The notes below the pieces were generated by a model. That model was not told the DNA's origin. It ran no database searches and saw only the letters and a list, made by a program, of their open reading frames with translations. A stretch of 64,000 nt of DNA from Patescibacteria group bacterium (GTDB lineage: Bacteria > Patescibacteriota > Microgenomatia > UBA1406): NCBI GenBank assembly GCA_041665145.1, contig JBAYJK010000002.1:40339-104338 (forward strand), given 5' to 3'. Below are positions 9,595 through 17,717 of this stretch, piece after piece. Position 1 is the stretch's first letter, and every line of letters starts with the position of its first letter. Made by a program: the position numbers and the translations under genes.

Positions 9595-9689
9595 GACTTA
9601 AGCCCAAATAATTAAGATTAAATAAAGCTTGAATATTTAAGCTTAAGGCTTTATTAAATATTTTTACTTAAGTATTTAGCCTTAATCTT
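9595..9689. repeat. CTTAAG/GCTTAA-type word-repeat array
   Basis: cttaagcccaaataattaagattaaataaagcttgaatatttaagcttaaggctttattaaat... The same word family occurs at 35095-35165. Confidence 0.7.
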
Positions 9690-9759
9690 GCCGGGGTGGT
9701 GAAACCCATGTACCACGTTGGGTACAGGGCCGTGAACCCCAGTGGTTCACGGTGGTATA
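9690..9759 (+). pseudogene. 5' fragment of tRNA-Leu (positions 1-22) split by a 48-nt structured insert in the D-loop
   Basis: gccggggtggtgaaa (15/15 identical to 10025-10039), then cccatGTACCacgttGGTACagggCCGTGAACCccagtGGTTCACGG, then tggtata (7/7 identical to the tRNA). Confidence 0.6.
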
Positions 9760-9764
9760 GCAAT

Positions 9765-10022
9765 ATGTATTATGTATACGTTTTGAAATCTGTTGTAGAT
9801 GACAGAATCTATATAGGACAGACAGGAGACCTTAGAAGAAGGTTTAAGGAGCACCAAGCGGGCCGTGACTATACGACCAAAAAATATGGTGGTGTCTGTC
9901 TTATATTTTACGAAGCCTTTTACAGTAAAATTGATAGTATACGCAGAGAAAAGTACTTTAAAACAAGTAAAGGAAAAGTAAGCTTGAGATTGATTACACG
10001 AGAGTCAATGATACACAAGTAA
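9765..10022 (+). CDS. small GIY-YIG (URI-domain) nuclease family protein
   Basis: MYYVYVLKSVVDDRIYIGQTGDLRRRFKEHQAG... carries the GIY-YIG signature. I start at the ATG at 9765, because the track start at 9696 would read through the tRNA fragment. Confidence 0.8.
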   Translation: MYYVYVLKSVVDDRIYIGQTGDLRRRFKEHQAGRDYTTKKYGGVCLIFYEAFYSKIDSIRREKYFKTSKGKVSLRLITRESMIHK

Positions 10023-10024
10023 TT

Positions 10025-10108
10025 GCCGGGGTGGTGAAATGGTATACACGCAGGTTTTAGGAACCTGTGACTGCTAAAGTCGTGCGGGTTCAAGTCCCGC
10101 TCCCGGCA
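10025..10108 (+). tRNA. tRNA-Leu (anticodon TAG), type II with a long variable arm; CCA not encoded
   Basis: Acceptor gccgggg/tcccggc, anticodon arm caggt-ttTAGga-acctg, variable arm tgactgctaaagtcgt, T arm gcggg-ttcaagt-cccgc. Confidence 0.9.
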
Positions 10109-10123
10109 CAGAAGTAACTATCT

Positions 10124-10184
10124 GGTTCAAGCCTGCCCGCAACGCCGCAGCGTAGCGAGGCGAGCGGGTCCTCTCCCCGGCACA
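10124..10184 (+). pseudogene. 3' fragment of tRNA-Leu (T-loop plus acceptor end) split by a GC-rich palindromic insert (family B)
   Basis: ggttcaagcc, then tgcccgcaacgccgcagcgtagcgaggcgagcggg, then tcctctccccggcaca. The end matches the tRNA 3' end ctcccggcaca, and ccccggc is a perfect complement of the 5' gccgggg. Confidence 0.55.
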
Positions 10185-10218
10185 AGAAATGCTTAGTGAG
10201 TACTCGAGCTGGGTAGAA

Positions 10219-11562
10219 TTAAAAATTAGCTTCCCGTTCTTCCACTTCAAAGAATCGTAATTGATCACCTTTGAACATAAAGTCTACTTCACCTGTAGGT
10301 CCGTTCCGGTGCTTTGCAATTCCGACTTTGATAGTTTTTCTTCCTTCTGGCATCAGTTCGTCATCATCATCGGTCCGATACAAAAACATGACAATATCGG
10401 CATCCTGCTCTATTGCACCGGAATCACGAAGGTCGGAAAGTTGCGGTTTCTTCTCACCGCGTTGCTCAACAGACCGAGAGAGCTGAGAGAGAGCAATTAC
10501 CGGAACCTTCAATTCACGTGCAATATTTTTCAGCGATTGCGAAACATACGAAACTTCCTGCACACGGGAATCTGTTTTTTTACCCGGATCCGCAAGCTGA
10601 AGATAGTCCATGATAATAAGGTCAAGTTTTTTTTCAAATTGAAGTTTGCGGGCCTTTGTCCGCATTTCATGCACGGTAATGCCGGGAGTATCATCAATAT
10701 ACAGGTTCGCGTCAGCCAACCGTCCCAAAGCTTCCGTCACTCTTCCCATTTCATCAGGGTTGAGTTTCCCAGTCCGTAATCGCCATGCGTCAATTTGAGC
10801 TTCCATTACTAATAAACGATCAACAAGTTCTTCCTTACTCATTTCGAGAGAGAAAAACCCGACAGATTTCTTCTCCTCCAAACACAAATAATTCGCGATG
10901 TTGAGAGCAAATGTTGTTTTACCGATACTCGGGCGGGCGGCAATCACGATAAGGTTTGAGGGGTTTAACCCAGCCAGTTTATTGTCCAGCTTATGGAACC
11001 CCGTGGCAACACCCCGCATACCGGCACCGCTTTTGATTGCTTCTTCTAAACGCTCATAGCTCGATGTCAGAATGTCTTTTATAGGAATAAAATCCCGTTT
11101 AACATTTTCCTGGGTGAGAGAAAATATGGTTCCTTCAGCTTTGGACAACAATTCATTGACATTTCCTTCATCGTTGAACGCTGAACGGACAAGATCCGAT
11201 CCGACCGTAATAATCTGCCGCTTAAGTGCGGATTCACGTACTACCTTTGCATAGTTTTCAATGTTCGCGCTCGTCGGTACACTTTCAATAAGCTGGGAAA
11301 AATATTCTTTTCCACCGGTATCTTTCAGCGTTTTTTCTTTCTTCAATTCATTTGAAAGAGTAAGTATGTCTATGGGCTGATTTTCTCGGTACAAAGCGAG
11401 CATTCCTTCATAAATCAGCTGGTTCTCCCTAAAATAGAAATGAGCTGATTTCAAAATCTCAGATACTAACGAGATTGAGGATGGGTCAATAAGTACGGAG
11501 CCTAAAACCGATTGCTCGGCTTCCTGGTTGTGCGGTGGCAGTTGTGTGTTTTCGTTGGGCAT
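10219..11562 (-). CDS. dnaB: replicative DNA helicase DnaB
   Basis: 447 aa. PPHNQEAEQSVLGSVL N-terminus, Walker A ARPSIGKTTFALNIA, and IIMDYLQL, SQLSR motifs. Confidence 0.95.
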   Translation of the reverse strand: MPNENTQLPPHNQEAEQSVLGSVLIDPSSISLVSEILKSAHFYFRENQLIYEGMLALYRENQPIDILTLSNELKKEKTLKDTGGKEYFSQLIESVPTSANIENYAKVVRESALKRQIITVGSDLVRSAFNDEGNVNELLSKAEGTIFSLTQENVKRDFIPIKDILTSSYERLEEAIKSGAGMRGVATGFHKLDNKLAGLNPSNLIVIAARPSIGKTTFALNIANYLCLEEKKSVGFFSLEMSKEELVDRLLVMEAQIDAWRLRTGKLNPDEMGRVTEALGRLADANLYIDDTPGITVHEMRTKARKLQFEKKLDLIIMDYLQLADPGKKTDSRVQEVSYVSQSLKNIARELKVPVIALSQLSRSVEQRGEKKPQLSDLRDSGAIEQDADIVMFLYRTDDDDELMPEGRKTIKVGIAKHRNGPTGEVDFMFKGDQLRFFEVEEREANF

Positions 11563-11573
11563 GACGGAAGCAA

Positions 11574-11690
11574 TAGTTTCTAATTTCTAGTTTACAGTTT
11601 CTGTTAAGCTGTTTAATTCAAAATATCCGTCGGAGAAAACCCAGCAATTAGAAACTCAATGGAAACTAGTAATTATAAACTAGAAACTTA
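11574..11690. repeat. AGAAACT/AGTTTCT-type word-repeat palindromic array
   Basis: Left arm tagtttctaatttctagtttacagtttct, right arm ttagaaactcaatggaaactagtaattataaactagaaactta. It overlaps the stop codon of the MBL gene. Confidence 0.75.
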
Positions 11691-12327
11691 ATAGAACTAC
11701 TTCCTTCTCCGGCAACGTATCCGACTTTAGTTCAAGTTTGTCGACCGGTTGCAGACTTTCTACGCCCATGAGTGTCAAAAATTCTTTCACCGGTAGCAGA
11801 TCTTTAAACGCTTCCTGATTCAAACGTGGATCGTTGAAATGCATCGGAATGATAATTTCAGGATTTATGAGATTCACTATTTTCATTGCTTCTTTCGGAC
11901 CGATGGTATAAAAGCCACCGACAGGCAACATCAAAACGTCAGTATCTTTTAATGACTCCATAATTTCTTCGTTCGGAATATGCCCGAGATCTCCGCAGTG
12001 AGTAATGGTTATGCCTTCGAGAAGTATTTTGAAAATAATGTTCTCGCCGCGATCTGCACCGTTTTTATCGTCATGCGAAGTTGCATAACCGAAAACACGG
12101 ATTCCTTTGTGTTCATATTCCCCTGGAAAGTCAAAAACAAGCTTACCTTCCCCACCGACAACCGCAACATTATTATGATCTAGATGTTGGTGAGACACGG
12201 TAACCAAGTCTGCTTCCACCTTGGGAAATTTTAAACCGACATCTTTCGGTTCAAACGGGTCGGTTACAACAGTCCCGTTTTTTGACTTAATTAAAAAAGA
12301 CGAATGACCCAAGTACTGGATTTTCAT
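11680..12327 (-). CDS. MBL-fold metallo-hydrolase (UPF0173-like)
   Basis: 215 aa. MKIQYLGHSSFLI..., the HxHxDH motif SHQHLDHNN, and a later CGDLGH. Confidence 0.8.
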   Translation of the reverse strand: MKIQYLGHSSFLIKSKNGTVVTDPFEPKDVGLKFPKVEADLVTVSHQHLDHNNVAVVGGEGKLVFDFPGEYEHKGIRVFGYATSHDDKNGADRGENIIFKILLEGITITHCGDLGHIPNEEIMESLKDTDVLMLPVGGFYTIGPKEAMKIVNLINPEIIIPMHFNDPRLNQEAFKDLLPVKEFLTLMGVESLQPVDKLELKSDTLPEKEVVLLSF

Positions 12328-12405
12328 ATGGGGAGTGTACCAAAATTAAGCTAAAAGTCAAAAGATTAAAGTTGTAAGTTACGGCTTGTGCTAGAATTAC
12401 AAATA

Positions 12406-13815
12406 ATGAAGCGTGAAGCACATACAAAAAGTGTAACGGTATACCTCTATAACGCAATTGAAGATGAATGGCCATTTCTTCAGGCAACTTCAGATAAGAA
12501 AACACAGAAGATTGAAATAAATGATTGTTACGAGGGTGCAGAATGTTTTTTGTATTTCAATACCGAGCAGAATGACTTGATGTACGTTACCGGCAAGCCG
12601 ATCAGTAAAGAATATATTGAATATTACCAAACATTTGTCGGGAAGAAAAACGTCGAAATAATTGTTCCTCTCCCAAAAACAGGACAAATTTCCCTCGATC
12701 TCTTGGAAGACAAAAAAACTTTTAATCAGTTTATAGCACGATTAAAAAGTTACGACCTCATCACGATAAAAGTATACTCAGCGTCCCCACAGTTTTATCA
12801 ACTGCTGGACAGATTGTCGGAACTTAACCTTCCCCTATCCGCTCCCGAAGCACCGTTACCCAAGAACGCGTGGACAGTAAATTTTTTTGGCAGCAAAGTA
12901 GGGTTTCGTCAACTTTCACAAAAATATAGCGGAGCTGGCAACTTATTCCCTATGCCTCGGGGGTATATTTGTCCAAGCAGAGATGACGCTGCAAGGATAG
13001 CTGCAAAAATATTCACGGAAAAACGTGGTGTCGTCATAAAAACAAGCAAAGGAAATGAGGGAAACGGTGTTCTCATTTTTTTTGAGAATGATCTTCCCTA
13101 TTCATATGCTGCCTGTACGAAAAAAATCAGTGAAATACTGCGTATGAACGCATACTGGGAAAAATTCCCCATCGTCGTTGAAGAACTTATTGACGTTGAT
13201 AAAAACATCGGTGGTGGTTTCCCGAGTGCAGAAGGGCGGGTCACGAGCGGAGGAAAACCGGAATTTCTTTATTATTGCGTCATGAGGGTCACTAAAAAAG
13301 GGGCGTTTTACGGTGTAGAAATTCATAATTCGTTGCTTGATACTCATATCGGAAAGCAAGTTACGGACATTACGTTAAAGGTTGCCAAAGAATATGCCCA
13401 GGAGGGATACCGCGGACACTTTGATGTAGACTTTCTCGTTGATAAAAAAGGGAAAATCTTCGCGAATGAATCAAACACCAGAAATAACGGGTCATCTGAT
13501 GTCGCAAAACTTGCCGTAAAATTTTTCGGCCCCAACTTCCCGGACAAAACATATTTAATAAGTTCGTTCAGAAATATCACATTCACCGGCTCGCGCACAT
13601 CCGTACGTTTTGCAGAGATCGTTTCATTTTCAACACCCATTCTTTTCAGTCATACAACAAAGGAGGGTGTCATGTATAACGGCGCTTTTATTCTGAACAA
13701 CAAAGAACTTTTTTACACCGTATTCGCTCCGAACAAACAAGCGGCATATCGCTACGAAAAAAGAATGGCCGAGATTTTTTTGGGGCACGACATGATACTT
13801 ACTGATCCAGAATAG
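12406..13815 (+). CDS. ATP-grasp fold protein (peptide/carboxylate-amine ligase-like), specificity unknown
   Basis: GVVIKTSKGNEGNGVLIF, IVVEELIDV and GHFDVDFLVDKKGKIFANESNTRNNG match the ATP-grasp core pattern. Start moved to the ATG at 12406, 8 nt after TGcTAGAAT (12389-12397). Confidence 0.55.
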   Translation: MKREAHTKSVTVYLYNAIEDEWPFLQATSDKKTQKIEINDCYEGAECFLYFNTEQNDLMYVTGKPISKEYIEYYQTFVGKKNVEIIVPLPKTGQISLDLLEDKKTFNQFIARLKSYDLITIKVYSASPQFYQLLDRLSELNLPLSAPEAPLPKNAWTVNFFGSKVGFRQLSQKYSGAGNLFPMPRGYICPSRDDAARIAAKIFTEKRGVVIKTSKGNEGNGVLIFFENDLPYSYAACTKKISEILRMNAYWEKFPIVVEELIDVDKNIGGGFPSAEGRVTSGGKPEFLYYCVMRVTKKGAFYGVEIHNSLLDTHIGKQVTDITLKVAKEYAQEGYRGHFDVDFLVDKKGKIFANESNTRNNGSSDVAKLAVKFFGPNFPDKTYLISSFRNITFTGSRTSVRFAEIVSFSTPILFSHTTKEGVMYNGAFILNNKELFYTVFAPNKQAAYRYEKRMAEIFLGHDMILTDPE

Positions 13816-13901
13816 GCTTTCACAACACTCTGTTATTATTCCATAAATTGTCATTGACATTTACAGGTGCGATTGTTAATGTATATATCTTGTATAAAAA
13901 C

Positions 13902-14978
13902 ATGACAGACTCATCATACTCTTTGGACGACGAACCTTCAGGTACAAAGAAAATTAAAAGCAAGATAACGGTAGCCTTTTTATATAACACTACCCACATT
14001 ATTCCTACGGTAAATGATCCCCGTTCACAACTTCAAGCCGATTATGACGAACCTCAGGCAATAGATTTAATGGTTGGTCATTTGAAGAACAATGGATACG
14101 ATGTCATTCCTATCGAAGCAAATGAAAAAGCTTACTTGGAATTATATAAGAGAAAAAAAGATATTGATATTGTTTTCAACATCGCCGAAGGCCCCCATGG
14201 CCACGACCGGGAACTGCAGGTTCCTGCGATGCTTGAAATGTTGCAGATACCGTATACCGGATGCACTCCCCTTACCCAGGGAATTTTGTTGAACAAGGCA
14301 CGCACCAAAGAAATACTGGCCGCGTACAAGATTCGTACACTACCGTTCATGTTGATAAAAAACGGAACGATTGATTGGAATATGCCCAAGGAGTATCCGT
14401 TGTTCGTAAAGCCCAATTCCCAGGGCTGTTCGGGTGGGATAACACAAAACAGCATCGTGCATAATGAAACAGAATTAAAAGCGCAAATTAAGTACCTGAG
14501 AACAGAGCTGGGGCAAGATTCCATTGTGGAGCCACTGTTAACAGGTCGTGAGTTTACCGTTCCGATGCTTGGAAATCCTCCCCGCGTACTCCCGATTATT
14601 GAGACTAATTTTTCACGTCTTCCCAAGGGATACGCAGCAATTGATTCGTTGGAAGTTAAATGGGAACTTGATGTTGCACCCGGAAAAGGCCTTATGGATT
14701 GCCCGGCAGATATAAGTAAAAAATTGCACAGTGAGATTGAGGATTTGTGCTTGAGAACGTGGAGCGCACTTCGGGTTCTTGATTGGTGTCGGATTGATGT
14801 GAGGTGCGACAGCAAAGGAACACCGTATGTTTTGGAAGTCAATTCCCCACCGGGAATAACACCGCCGGAAAATGCAGTTTCCAATTTTCCCTTTAGTGCA
14901 AAAACCGCAGGACTCGATTACGAAGCAATGCAAAAAGCAATCATCGAAACTGCCCTCAAACGTTACGGAAAGATATAA
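13902..14978 (+). CDS. D-alanine--D-alanine ligase family ATP-grasp protein (not in a mur context)
   Basis: DIVFNIAEGPHGHDRELQVPAMLEMLQIPYTGC, LNKARTKEIL, YPLFVKPNSQGCSGG, IVEPLLTGREFTV, RIDVRCDSKGTPYVLEVNSPPG. Confidence 0.7.
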   Translation: MTDSSYSLDDEPSGTKKIKSKITVAFLYNTTHIIPTVNDPRSQLQADYDEPQAIDLMVGHLKNNGYDVIPIEANEKAYLELYKRKKDIDIVFNIAEGPHGHDRELQVPAMLEMLQIPYTGCTPLTQGILLNKARTKEILAAYKIRTLPFMLIKNGTIDWNMPKEYPLFVKPNSQGCSGGITQNSIVHNETELKAQIKYLRTELGQDSIVEPLLTGREFTVPMLGNPPRVLPIIETNFSRLPKGYAAIDSLEVKWELDVAPGKGLMDCPADISKKLHSEIEDLCLRTWSALRVLDWCRIDVRCDSKGTPYVLEVNSPPGITPPENAVSNFPFSAKTAGLDYEAMQKAIIETALKRYGKI

Positions 14979-14989
14979 CCACTTAAACC

Positions 14990-15514
14990 ATGACGAACGC
15001 ATACCCAGAACACACATGGTGGATTCCCTGCCTTTATGTTAAAAAATCTGCGCTTCACGGTAACGGGATATTTACCAAACAAAAAATCAAAAAAGGAGAG
15101 AAAATAATGGTTTGGGGTGGGCAGCTTTTCAAAAAGAACGATTACGAACGTGCTCGCCCACCAACTATCGTGCCCTTCGACCACAGGCATTACATCGGAT
15201 TACCCGTGTCTGATGACAGCGAGTCCATTGACGAGTACTTAAACCACTCTTGCGACCCCAATACGTGGATGACGGATCAGATAACCATGGTCGCCAGACG
15301 GGATATTGAACCCGACGAAGAAATTACACTGGATTGGGTTATGTGGAACAGTGATGAATGGGAAATAAGCAAAAGTGGGAAGTGTTTTTGCTCCAGCAAG
15401 AATTGCCGAAAATACATAACTCCAACCGATTGGAAAATTCCTGAATTACAAAAAAGATACGCGGGTCACTTCTCTCCTCTGGTTCAGGAAAAAATTGATG
15501 CCGATTCTAAATAA
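14990..15514 (+). CDS. SET-domain protein (putative protein lysine methyltransferase) with a Cys-rich post-SET region
   Basis: 174 aa. HGNGIFT..., NHSCDPN, EEITLDW, CFCSSKNCRKY. Confidence 0.8.
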   Translation: MTNAYPEHTWWIPCLYVKKSALHGNGIFTKQKIKKGEKIMVWGGQLFKKNDYERARPPTIVPFDHRHYIGLPVSDDSESIDEYLNHSCDPNTWMTDQITMVARRDIEPDEEITLDWVMWNSDEWEISKSGKCFCSSKNCRKYITPTDWKIPELQKRYAGHFSPLVQEKIDADSK

Positions 15515-15559
15515 AGGCAGATTCTTTGGTAATAACGAATGTTACCAACAAAGAACCTG

Positions 15560-15580
15560 CCCCCGCCTCTAACGGCGGGG
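15560..15580. terminator. GC hairpin between convergent genes (possible bidirectional terminator)
   Basis: cccccgcc-tctaac-ggcgggg. It is preceded by a second hairpin tctttggtaa...ttaccaacaaaga at 15523-15554. Confidence 0.45.
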
Positions 15581-15607
15581 ACAAGGCTACTACTGATTAA
15601 GTTTGGT

Positions 15608-17218
15608 TTACCGTCGCACCGCCGACAGATACATCTGATGCACCGGCGTGTTGTACCAGGTGAACGGGATATACCCGTTCGGGCCGATCGACGCTGCGAA
15701 CCAACCGGAGGGCCGGCAGACTGCCTGACCGCCGGCGATAATGGTCGTCCGGAACTGTGTGGTGACCGTGCCTTCAGGCGGCACAACCACATAGAGTTCC
15801 AGGAAGTGCGCCTGCCCGCATCCGTTCGGGCTCGGAGAGGCCGGCGGATCCAACAAAGTCACGCTGGTTGTAATCTCTGTCCGGTTGTACACAGTAGCCG
15901 TCATCGTGACAGTGCCCGAGTACCCCAAGCTTGGGGCCCCGAACACCGGGACATTGACGCCCACCAGTGGCCCGAGGGGCAGCGATTCAAATGTAACCAC
16001 CCACTGCCCTGCTTCCCTGGCCATGTACCCGAACTCGATCGTAGTCGCTGTCGTCGCACACGCGACATGCGCCGGCATTACCTCAGCGACCGTACTGGTG
16101 AATTCCCAGCCTGCCGCCACATGCGTGGCATCATGCAGGCTCCAATCTTCAAGCACTGGCCCTGCGGAACCAACTAGCGGCTCCCCGTTAGTGAAGAGCG
16201 CATACTGCCCACAAGCGCTCACATTGTAAGCCTCCCCACGTACTTGAGGCTTGTTTGTCAGTTCCAATTTCCACGCCTGACTCTTGAACTCTTCGGACAA
16301 CACCTTGTTCGGACCAATTTCACCGAACGTGCCCCACACACCACCTTGGCGGGTGGAAAGCCACAGCTTGCCGGCAAACGTAACAGAGATACAGCGCCCG
16401 AGTAGGCACTGGCCTTCTCCCAGCCCATCCGGCAAAGCCGGGACGGGCTGGACCATGTCCCGCGACTTGCCCGATTCGAGCATGTGGGAGATGTGGACGA
16501 CCTGCCGAGTGCTGATGTTGCTGACGTACGTCAGCCCCACTCCGAGCTCAGTCGTCTCTGCGAGCCGCGGCATGAGTTGCCCGGCGGGACCGGACGGGTC
16601 GGCAGCTTTCTCGGCCGACCAGCTTCCATCAAGCTCGCGGACACGGTATCGCACCGTTCCGTCCAAGGAGTACGCGACGACCACGCGGCCGTCGGTCAAC
16701 TGCAAAGCGCTCGTCCCTTCCGGCAGATTATCATTCATACTACCGGACAGTTTCGTGAGCAACCAACTTCCGTCGCCAATTTCGGCCGTCCAAAGACCGA
16801 TGTCCGGCGAGCTACCCTTCGCCAGCACGAACAAAATCGGCTGACAATTCTGGAAAGCAATTGCTTCGAGCGAAACATTGAACTCATAGTATAGGGGGGT
16901 AATTGGGGCCAACCCAAATTCTCCCTTGTGAAAAACGGCCGGAAATGTCCGGCCCGCCGTAACGTTCGTGACTCCGCCCCAAACGCCTGCGCAGGCGTCG
17001 GCGGCCAGGATCGGTTGCACTTGATCCCCTTCTTGGGCGTCCAGCCCGGGGGCCACAGGCAACTGCAACATGAGCGGCTTATTCGGCGCCGCCACAGCCG
17101 TCGCGACCGAAGCCGCAAGATTGCACAGCTTGAACCCGATAACTAACGCCAGCACCGCTGGCGCCGTGAGGATTAACCGCCCCCACCGCGTTCGAACAAG
17201 AAACCGTCCAAGTCCCAT
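15608..17218 (-). CDS. high-GC foreign-looking gene: N-terminally anchored/secreted protein with Asp-box-like (DGSW) motifs, possible beta-propeller
   Basis: 536 aa with a hydrophobic N-terminus GRLILTAPAVLALVIGF. IGDGSWLL and ELDGSWSAEK resemble BNR/Asp boxes. Hand counts of 60-nt samples inside gave 60%, 63% and 75% GC, against 38-52% in flanking genes. AGGAGG lies 4 nt upstream of the ATG. Confidence 0.75.
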   Translation of the reverse strand: MGLGRFLVRTRWGRLILTAPAVLALVIGFKLCNLAASVATAVAAPNKPLMLQLPVAPGLDAQEGDQVQPILAADACAGVWGGVTNVTAGRTFPAVFHKGEFGLAPITPLYYEFNVSLEAIAFQNCQPILFVLAKGSSPDIGLWTAEIGDGSWLLTKLSGSMNDNLPEGTSALQLTDGRVVVAYSLDGTVRYRVRELDGSWSAEKAADPSGPAGQLMPRLAETTELGVGLTYVSNISTRQVVHISHMLESGKSRDMVQPVPALPDGLGEGQCLLGRCISVTFAGKLWLSTRQGGVWGTFGEIGPNKVLSEEFKSQAWKLELTNKPQVRGEAYNVSACGQYALFTNGEPLVGSAGPVLEDWSLHDATHVAAGWEFTSTVAEVMPAHVACATTATTIEFGYMAREAGQWVVTFESLPLGPLVGVNVPVFGAPSLGYSGTVTMTATVYNRTEITTSVTLLDPPASPSPNGCGQAHFLELYVVVPPEGTVTTQFRTTIIAGGQAVCRPSGWFAASIGPNGYIPFTWYNTPVHQMYLSAVRR

Positions 17219-17294
17219 AGGACCTCCTGTATGTTGGCTCTAAACCTTAAAATCCGGTTTATGCCATTAAACAGAAAGAAATAACTATCCCTGG

Positions 17295-17335
17295 ATTCCC
17301 GCCTTCCTGCCTCGACGGCAGGCGGGCGCGGGAAT
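17295..17335. repeat. GC-rich nested palindrome (family B-like)
   Basis: attcccgc-c-ttc-cctgcc-tcgac-ggcagg-cgggc-gcgggaat. It begins with a T-loop-like gGATTCCCGCC. Confidence 0.6.
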
Positions 17336-17612
17336 GACAGCATTACAATATAGCAATACAGCAATTTCCTTCTCTTTATCGGCATAAACCGGTAATCAGT
17401 GTAGCCTGTTAAAGAACCACACATATCGCACAGCAATATCGCGCGATACATATTTGATATGTATATTATATCTAACTATAGGATGGGAAGCAAATTACGA
17501 CTGGATAAGTTGATTTGAGAAAAAAGGAGAAATATTGGGTCCCCTTTCGCAGGGCAACAAACCTAGCGGGCCGCCTATGGCGAGCCTCGCTCCAAAATTT
17601 GTTTACAAATTT

Positions 17613-17686
17613 TGGAGCGGGATGCGGGAGTCGAACCCGCCATATCACTTTGGAAAAGTGAAGTTATACCGATTAACTAATCCCGC
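17613..17686 (-). tRNA. tRNA-Gly (anticodon TCC), CCA encoded
   Basis: gcgggat-ta-gttaatcggtataac-t-tcact-ttTCCaa-agtga-tatg-gcggg-ttcgact-cccgc-atcccgc-t-cca. The 3' end is part of a perfect 13-bp palindrome (17589-17619). Confidence 0.9.
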
Positions 17687-17717
17687 GCTAATCTTAAGCC
17701 TGCTTTCCTACTGAGGG

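Noticed and set aside
10074-10268. ORFs lying across tRNA genes (10074-10268, 40026-40214, 55421-55603) and the N-terminal extension of the GIY-YIG ORF (9696-9764)
   Set aside because: They are translations of tRNA sequence, tRNA fragments and GC-rich hairpins. The tRNA cloverleaves explain the sequence better.
15515-15607. Search for a direct repeat of the tRNA-Gly(TCC) 3' end at the far side of the high-GC gene (classic integrase att signature)
   Set aside because: I saw no match to tggagcgggatgcgggagtcgaacc or its complement, only two unrelated hairpins. There is no integrase gene either, so a classical tRNA-integrated island is not supported.
15484-17146. Six additional long ORFs in the track overlapping the high-GC gene (15484-15792 -, 15539-16177 +, 15885-16229 +, 16284-16844 +, 16484-16894 +, 16735-17118 -, 16928-17146 +)
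   Set aside because: These are shadow ORFs expected in 60-75% GC DNA, where stop codons are rare. Their products are low-complexity R/P/S-rich strings. Only the 536-aa frame has a ribosome-binding site, an N-terminal anchor and protein-like composition.
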